A stretch of 33,000 nucleotides of DNA from Oikopleura dioica (Eukaryota; Animalia; Chordata). A program made the position numbers and the translations under genes. A model generated the notes under the pieces. The model did no database searches, was not told the origin of the DNA, and saw only the letters and a program-made list of their open reading frames with translations. Below, one piece after another: positions 26,474 through 33,000 of this stretch (positions are counted from its first letter, which is position 1; each line of letters starts with the position of its first letter). The stretch lies in contig OU015569.1 of assembly GCA_907165135.1 (NCBI GenBank), forward strand, positions 3,906,001 to 3,939,000, in the 5' to 3' direction.

Positions 26474-28880
26474 TTATAATTTAAGAATAACGTCAATCCA
26501 ATGGAGGCTCGATGGTAGGTGGCAGTTTTCGTCTGGGCAAATGTTGTTTTTTTCTTCTTGTCTCGTGAGAGTTCTCTCACAAAATGTGGCGGTCGGTCGT
26601 TTTTTGAATTGTAATCTTGTTTCTTCCCATTTTCCGTTTTCGTCTTTGCAAAGGCGAAGCATATGATACTTTTTTAGGTTAATTTACACTTTTTATGGAT
26701 ATTTTGATGAATGAATAATATGTAACCATTCCGATCGACTGCCGTTGACAGTTTTTCCGGCAGTTTGAAGGTCTGGGTCACGCTGGAACTCGGAAATGTA
26801 CCTTCCACTCAGAAGATTCACAGGCCTAGTCAGAACTTTTTCTGATGATCTGGAGGCTCTAGAATGTCTTATAGGAAGATTCACAGGCCTAGTCAGAACT
26901 ATTTCTGATGATCTGGAGGCTCTAGAATGTCTTATAGGAAGATTCACAGGCCTAGTCAGAACTATTTCTGATGATCTGGAGGCTCTAGAATGTCTTATAT
27001 AGTTCTGACTACCCTTCAAAATCTTCCTGTAAGATATTCTAGAGCCTCCAGATCATCAGGAATAGTTCTGACTAGGCCAGTGAATCTTCCTTTAAGACAT
27101 TCTAGAGCCTCCAGATCATCAGAAATAGTTCTGACTAGGCCTGTGAATCTTCCTATAAGACAGTCTAGAGCCTCCAGATCATCAGAAATAGTTCTGACTA
27201 GGCCTGTGAATCTTCCTGTAAGATATTCTAGAGCCTTCGAATCCTCTAGAAAAGTTCTTAATAGCCCTGTGAATCTTCCTATAAGATATTCTAGAGCCTC
27301 AAGATCGACTGAAATAAATCTGATCTGATGATTCTGATGGATGGTAAAGACTTTATCTGATGATCGCAACTCCTACCGTAATCCGTCGTGATCATGAGGG
27401 CATCGTTATCGTAGGTGCAGATGTCTAGAAGACTCCTGCTGAAGTTGTAGCACTCTTCGTTGAGTTTGTAGTGGTTCAGCAGTTTCTTTTGGGCACCAGA
27501 AGACATGCATCCTCTCAGAAGGTAGTCGGTCAGCAAATCAAGGAACTCCACCTTTGGTGCACATTGCATGAGAATTTGCTCTCGCTTGTATCTGTTATTG
27601 TTGGCGTCGACTTTTTCGATTTCACATAGCTGGGCATAGGTAACATCTGCATCGTCTGGTACAAGTTCCATGAGCAGCTCTAGGCGTGCTCGAGCAAGAG
27701 CATATCCATCTTCGCTGTCATCACATGTTGAGCAAGCATTTTCCAAGCATCTGACTGCATGTCCGCCGTTTTCGCATACTGTCGTGTCCAATAATTGTTC
27801 TTCGGATATTGCAGGTCGCATAGAAACTCGATTTATAGCCTTGCAGAAGAGTTCCACTTGAAGGTGACTCGGGCAGACGCATCGGAGAATAGATTCATCA
27901 TCAGGAAGAGATAGCCAGCTGGAAAAATGCTTTTTATATATTTTCCGAAGGGTGTTAAGACAGCATTCCGGCCCTTTTTCTGCTTTATATTGCTTCAACA
28001 ATATCCAAAATGGCTTTCGCAGATATCGTTTACGTTTTATTTGACCAAGAACTTGAACTTCGCTTCGAACTCGTGTGTCCAAATCGGAATTCTCTTCGAA
28101 AAACTGGCATAAACTTGTTTTGAGGGCATCATCTGTGGATGTAGAGCTGTATGAAGATGGTCGTGTGTCCCCAAGGCATCTGTCAAGTTCTTTATACTTT
28201 GGATGTTTCATCCAGAAGTCGCTCATATCAGAATATTTCATGTCTTCCTTTGATATGATATCGTATTCGATGTCTCGAACTATCCATGGGAGAGTTTCAG
28301 AATGTCCGGTGGCAATGGCTTTTGTTTTTGTTATCGGTTGTTGCAACTTTTCGATTTTACCTCTCATTTGACGAACAAAAGTCGCTTCTTTACTGTCCAG
28401 TTTACGTAAATCCACTGCAAAAATGGAATCCAAAATCATCGAAAGATTCTTCTCCATTGTTGGTTTGATGATCTTTGCTTCTTTTTGGCTCTAGAATCGT
28501 TATTTACATGACTACTGTTTGTAAATTCTTTGAAACCAATTTTCCCAACAAAAAAACCGACAAAAAACGACAACAGGCCCATCGAAATACTTTCACGAAA
28601 CTATTTTTAGCGTGAGAAACGCGGTTGGCAACTTCCATTTTGAGCATTTCATTTTCCAATTCTAGTTTTTTCAATTCATGTCTGTTTCGATCTTCTTTTT
28701 TGCTGCTTTCTTCTTTTTTAGTGACAGTCTCTCGATCATAATGAAAGAAAAGAAAAAACGCGCTTTTGAAAAGTGACGGGGATCAGTTGGTGCGAAGGAT
28801 TCTAGCGCTTTCTCTCTCTCTCTCTCTTTTGATCTCTGCTTCTCTCTTTTTTTTTTGAAATGATCTGGGCTCGATTTCAT
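26474..28880 (-). pseudogene. Disrupted Sola2-like transposase
   Basis: ORF 27291-28457 has the Cys-rich pattern CVCPSH...TVC...C...C..C, then VTY, LLNH and MITTDY (first catalytic Asp position, DF(S/A)EN in Sola2). A C-terminal piece KTVNGSRSEWLH and a Cys-containing tail lie at 26474-26800, and basic N-terminal exons at 28671-28880. The SDG..QYK and HGK..DG motifs were not found. Family assignment is from remembered motif patterns. Confidence 0.65.
26812..27320. repeat. 63-bp minisatellite: 3 forward copies followed by about 5 inverted copies
   Basis: Unit GAAGATTCACAGGCCTAGTCAGAACTATTTCTGATGATCTGGAGGCTCTAGAATGTCTTATAG starts at 26812, 26875 and 26938. Reverse-complement copies are phased at about 26998, 27061, 27124, 27187 and 27250. 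Confidence 0.95.
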
Positions 28881-31288
28881 TCTCTAGTTGGTCTTATATG
28901 ATTCATTTCACAGGGAGAAACTTTTGGTGACTCTTCATCCTTTTTGGTCGAAAAATCGACTCTCGCGGTTCGGAGCGATAAAGAAGCGATAATATTTTGA
29001 TTTGAAGATTGAAAGTATGAAGAAGTAATAGTTCTGAATGAGTGCTTTCAGAAAAGGTATAATAGTCACTATCTAGCTTGAATGCCGGTAAAAAACCGAT
29101 AAATGACCGACAAAACCGTTAATCCGGAAGAATAACTCGATAAGAGGAAAGTTCACGTCGAGAGGATTCTAAAAATATATAATTGTTTGGGTATTACTCG
29201 TTGGAAAAGTGGGAAACCGATAAAAATCCGATATAAATCGGAAATTCGAAAATCGAAGATATTAAAGCACTAGATCTTCTCATAAGGATTCTAAAAATAT
29301 ATGGTTATAAAGGGTAAATATGTAAATTGGCAGAGCTACATCAAAAGCAAGTTGAGGCAATTAAATTTGAACCGCGCCTGAGAACGGGGGCAAATATTTT
29401 TAGCTCTGTCTCGTAGCATGAGACAAAGATAAGGGCTCTGATACTTTTCAACGCACACGTAGTCATTCTCGCACAAGAAGCATTGTTTCTGAAGCGTCAG
29501 AACTAAGTACTCAATCTTCAAGCTTGAAAGCAATATGTCAAACAAAATTCAGTGTTCTGATCTTTTGATTAGTGGAATGCTTTGTGGAATGGGAATAATT
29601 ATCTTCGAAAAGAATCATCTTCTGGTGTTCGTAATTTCTTTCAAAATTAAGTTTTTGAACTCATTCGCTTTCTTGGCTGCTATTTTCTTGTTACCAAGGG
29701 GATAGATCTGTAGCGTCATCATTATTCCACGAGAAAGTTGACAGGGATTTTCCCATAATTTTGTTAATACGATACTCTTTCCCATAAGCTTCGTTGATCT
29801 CACAGTGCGATCGGAAAACTCATAAAACTTCCAAATGCCTTCTGACAAATGTCGGATTCTCAAGAATAGGAATGAACCGATAGATATTTGTTACGTAACG
29901 AGGTATGCTATTGACGGAAGATTTCAACGAGACTGAAATTAGTCGAGGCTAGGGAAAGAACGTCGACATTGACAATAAGCATCAAGCTCTCAAGGCATAG
30001 ATGGCATTTTCGTGACGCAGCTATGGCGAGCAGCCTTGGCTTGGTTTCCCATTTCAAGAACCAGGCGGTGTCGCGACGCCATTCTTGATTTGTGTTTCGA
30101 TTAGCTGCTTCATGACTGAAAGACGGAGACCGAAGAACAAGAACTCGCAATGAAAGTCTCCGAGACTCGCTGCCGAATCCGCTTGAATCTACAAGTCTCT
30201 TCTGTCCAAAAGACAATTGTTCCTAGCTCCCGCATAAGTAGAAAATTAGAAGAATTAAAAGAGACGCGGATAAGTACTCCGCAACAATGAATACTAAATC
30301 TTGCTGACAAATCACTGGCATTAGGAAATCATGAAGAAATATTCAATTTTTCATAATATCATCTAGAGGGAATAACTCTTGATAACAGAATAAAATATTC
30401 TCTTCCTAACCATTTCTTATCTTACTTAAAAATCTTGTTAAATAAGCACTTGAAGTCTTACATCCCTGCCATAAGAAAAAAACCTGCAAAGACTACGCTT
30501 GGCTTTCTGAAATAAATCAGAATAGGAAGGTTCTTTGAAATGTCTTTTTTTTTTATTGGCAAATAGCAGTCTTTTAATAAAATTGAAGAAGAAGATGCAG
30601 ATTTTAACAAAGTTGAAATATGTAACTTGAAACAGAGTTAAGTTGAGTAAATGATGGAAAAAAGGTAGTTTTCGAAGATAAAACTTCACTTCGGTTTTAT
30701 TAACGAGTCATAGAATTTTTAACGTTTTTACTTTGAAAAAGAAGTGCTAACTTACGTTTGCTAAAGCAAATGCGCAATCATCTCGGCCGAGAAGAATGAA
30801 AATTTTCGCTAGGTAAAAAAGGTTTTGGTCGTTGATAAATTTTGGTTTTACCGTCGACAAAAACTCAAAGTGGAGAGGATGAAGACAATGGAAAATATGA
30901 ACTCAACAAACTTTTATTATACAATCAGATTTGGGTGATTTGAGCAGAGAGACTCGACAAAGCGAGAAATTTAAAAGCTTTAGGGTCTCGCCCTGAGAAT
31001 AATATATTTTGAACAAGCAGAACATTAAAAGATAGATAAATTCTAGTCTAAAAAACGTTAGGTCAAAAGAAAGTTGTATGAATTATGTCTTGAAGAAGAC
31101 GTTATCAGGGTTGTGGACTTTTTTATTCTGAATAAATGGGTCGTTTGAAAGTCTACAAGCCTGAACGGTCGGGTAGAGGGCAGTCATGAAATTGAGTAAA
31201 AAATTGGGTACTTTTGCTTTAGTGGAGCATCATTATACCAGTTTTTGGACGTTATTAAATTCTAATCAACTATCTGTAGCAAACAGAA

Positions 31289-33000
31289 TCACAGCAATTG
31301 TTGCTTTTGAGATGAAGGAGTTGACTTAACTATACACGAGAGCTCGTCCGAAGACGAGTCCTGGAAGAGCTTTTCTTTCTGCGAGTTAGAGTCGTCAGTA
31401 AAGAATGCTTCGAAATAAGGAATATCCCAGAGTAAGCTGGAGTACAATGATCGCGCACGCTGATCAGGTGGAGGCATTTGGAAAAAGAAGGAACTCAACA
31501 ATGCAACGGTGACGCAAGTAAAGAGACCTGTCGTTGACAAGAAAATGTAGGAGATCTGGAAAGTGCTTGATGACTCTTCAGCCGAAGGAACGGATGTAGC
31601 AGTGCTGAGGGGAGATTCCGGCAGTGAAGTTAAGTTGAAGCACTGCATCGTGTTCACTACAAAGAAGAGATGACCACCTCGATATGCTATTACTAACCGG
31701 CTAATGGCTTGGTAAATTCGTCCGTCGGATTGTCCATTACATAGAACAAAATAGCGAGTCCAAGTCCGGCAAAATAACCAATTTTAGCGGGAGCCTTGGA
31801 GATCCAGGGGCAAAACATTCCCAAAGAGAACAATCCCAAGGTCGGTCCAGCGACGATTCCGTTGACACTCATCGCAGCCTGCAGTACTGTTTCTCCAAGA
31901 GCGTCAGCGCCATACGCAGCCATAATGACGAAGATACCAGCGATAAATACAATAATTCGTGACCAGACGTAAGTGTTTTGACGGATTACGCGGAAATTGC
32001 CCTTCAGCTCGTCGATAAGAACAGCACATACGCCGTTTATACCGCTAGATACAGTAGAGAGTGTGCCAGATGTGGCTGAAGCTAGGAAAAGGCCCGGGAG
32101 CCCCTTGTATTCAGCCAATTTCTGCATGACCATGTATGGCACAAGCTGGTCTTTTTGCTCGATTACCCCCGCTAAAAGATCGTTTATCAATTGCACAAAA
32201 TTAACGTAAATTACCTGCTAGAGGGTCACAACCGACATAATAGGCAAACATGATCAGTCCAGAGAAAGCGGCCGTTACGTTGATGGCAATCAGCGCAAAG
32301 GAGTTCAACCAAATAGCTTTTCGTGCAGTTCCCTCGGATTTGCAGCAGATGTATCTTTGGATGTTTGATTGGTTTGTCCCGTAAACCCCTATCAAGAGTT
32401 TATATCCTCAAATAGAATGTTTTAAGTATTACCAAGCCAAACGCCGAAGGTGGCACCGAAGACAGTAGAGAGAACGGAATGTCTGACTCGAGGGTCCATG
32501 GAAAAGTCGTTGAATGCAAGTCGGCCGTTGTCGAGCGCCGTTGAATAGATGAATTCAATGCCCATGTCTTTGCACCCTTTCCAAATTAGAGCAATGAAAC
32601 CGGCGTACATGGAAATATACTGGACAACATCCGTCCAAATTACGGCCTAGAACCAAGATTGAATGGCGTTCGGATCGTTTAACATTACCTTTATGCCGCC
32701 CAGGGAAGTGTAGACGCAACAAACAACTCCCATGATAGCGATGGCCACATTTTTCGGAACATTACACACTTTCTCGATGGCGACAGCGGGAGCATACACG
32801 ACTGAAATAGAACATATTAACAATTGAAGATGGGTAAGCACATTTTAGAACGCACAAGACGACATAGATGACGAAGGAACGTACCGATGCCAGCATAAAT
32901 GATAGCGTTGAAAGTAAACACAACAGAGAGGATAAGTTTGAATTGCCGATCAAATCGCTTCTCGATATATTGGTAAGAGCTGGTGTAGCCTTGGCGATAG
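31289..33000 (-). CDS. SLC5 sodium/solute symporter (SLC5A5/6/8/12 subfamily), 5' part outside the window
   Basis: SSYQYIEKRF, YAPA, YTSLGGIK|AVIWTDVVQ, YGTNQSNIQRY, CDPL, KDQLVPY, GLPGLF...SGTLSTVSSGIN and GPTLGLFSLG. GT-AG introns; stop at 31289. Confidence 0.93.

Larger units (their letters stand above)
25838..29378 (-). mobile_element. Sola2-like DNA transposon, 3.5 kb, long TIRs, internally rearranged
   Basis: Imperfect TIRs of about 340 bp (25838-26180 versus 29035-29378) sharing GTTCAAATTTAATTGCCTCAACTT and two ATATATTTTTAGAATCCT subrepeats per arm. CTGAG is present at both junctions. Contains a transposase-like ORF. Confidence 0.85.

Noticed and set aside
26812-27320. Regularly spaced repeats resembling a CRISPR array
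   Set aside because: Units are contiguous with no unique spacers, there are no cas genes, and the context is eukaryotic; it is a minisatellite.
26693-27369. Four ORFs with 21-aa repeats as repeat proteins
   Set aside because: They follow from a stop-poor 63-bp unit and its inversion; there is no independent evidence of coding.
29400-30320. Minus-strand ORFs 29615-29863 and 29908-30216
   Set aside because: No motif or clear splice model; cannot be supported as a gene or TE protein.

Overview
Compact eukaryotic genomic DNA, most likely the larvacean tunicate Oikopleura dioica. This is inferred from dense genes, many 36-70 nt introns, GA-AG and GC-AG introns, and splice acceptors a few nt before start codons. 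Genes from left to right: a partial secreted coiled-coil protein (-), an atypical Rab18-like GTPase (-), beta-tubulin (-), a small membrane protein (-), a long coiled-coil protein (-) with a nested antisense 3-exon gene in its last intron, PCCB (+), a peptide-type class A GPCR (+), an unidentified multi-exon gene (-) and a partial SLC5 sodium/solute symporter (-). Mobile DNA includes a three-level nest of TIR elements with intact 8-bp TSDs that expands a 42-nt intron to 2.8 kb, several MITEs, and a 3.5-kb Sola2-like transposon with long TIRs. In that transposon the catalytic core is missing and a head-to-head 63-bp minisatellite sits in its place. Several single-base frameshifts in homopolymer runs point to consensus errors in the assembly. 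No CRISPR array, tRNA or rRNA was recognised. All gene models were spliced by hand and no database searches were run.
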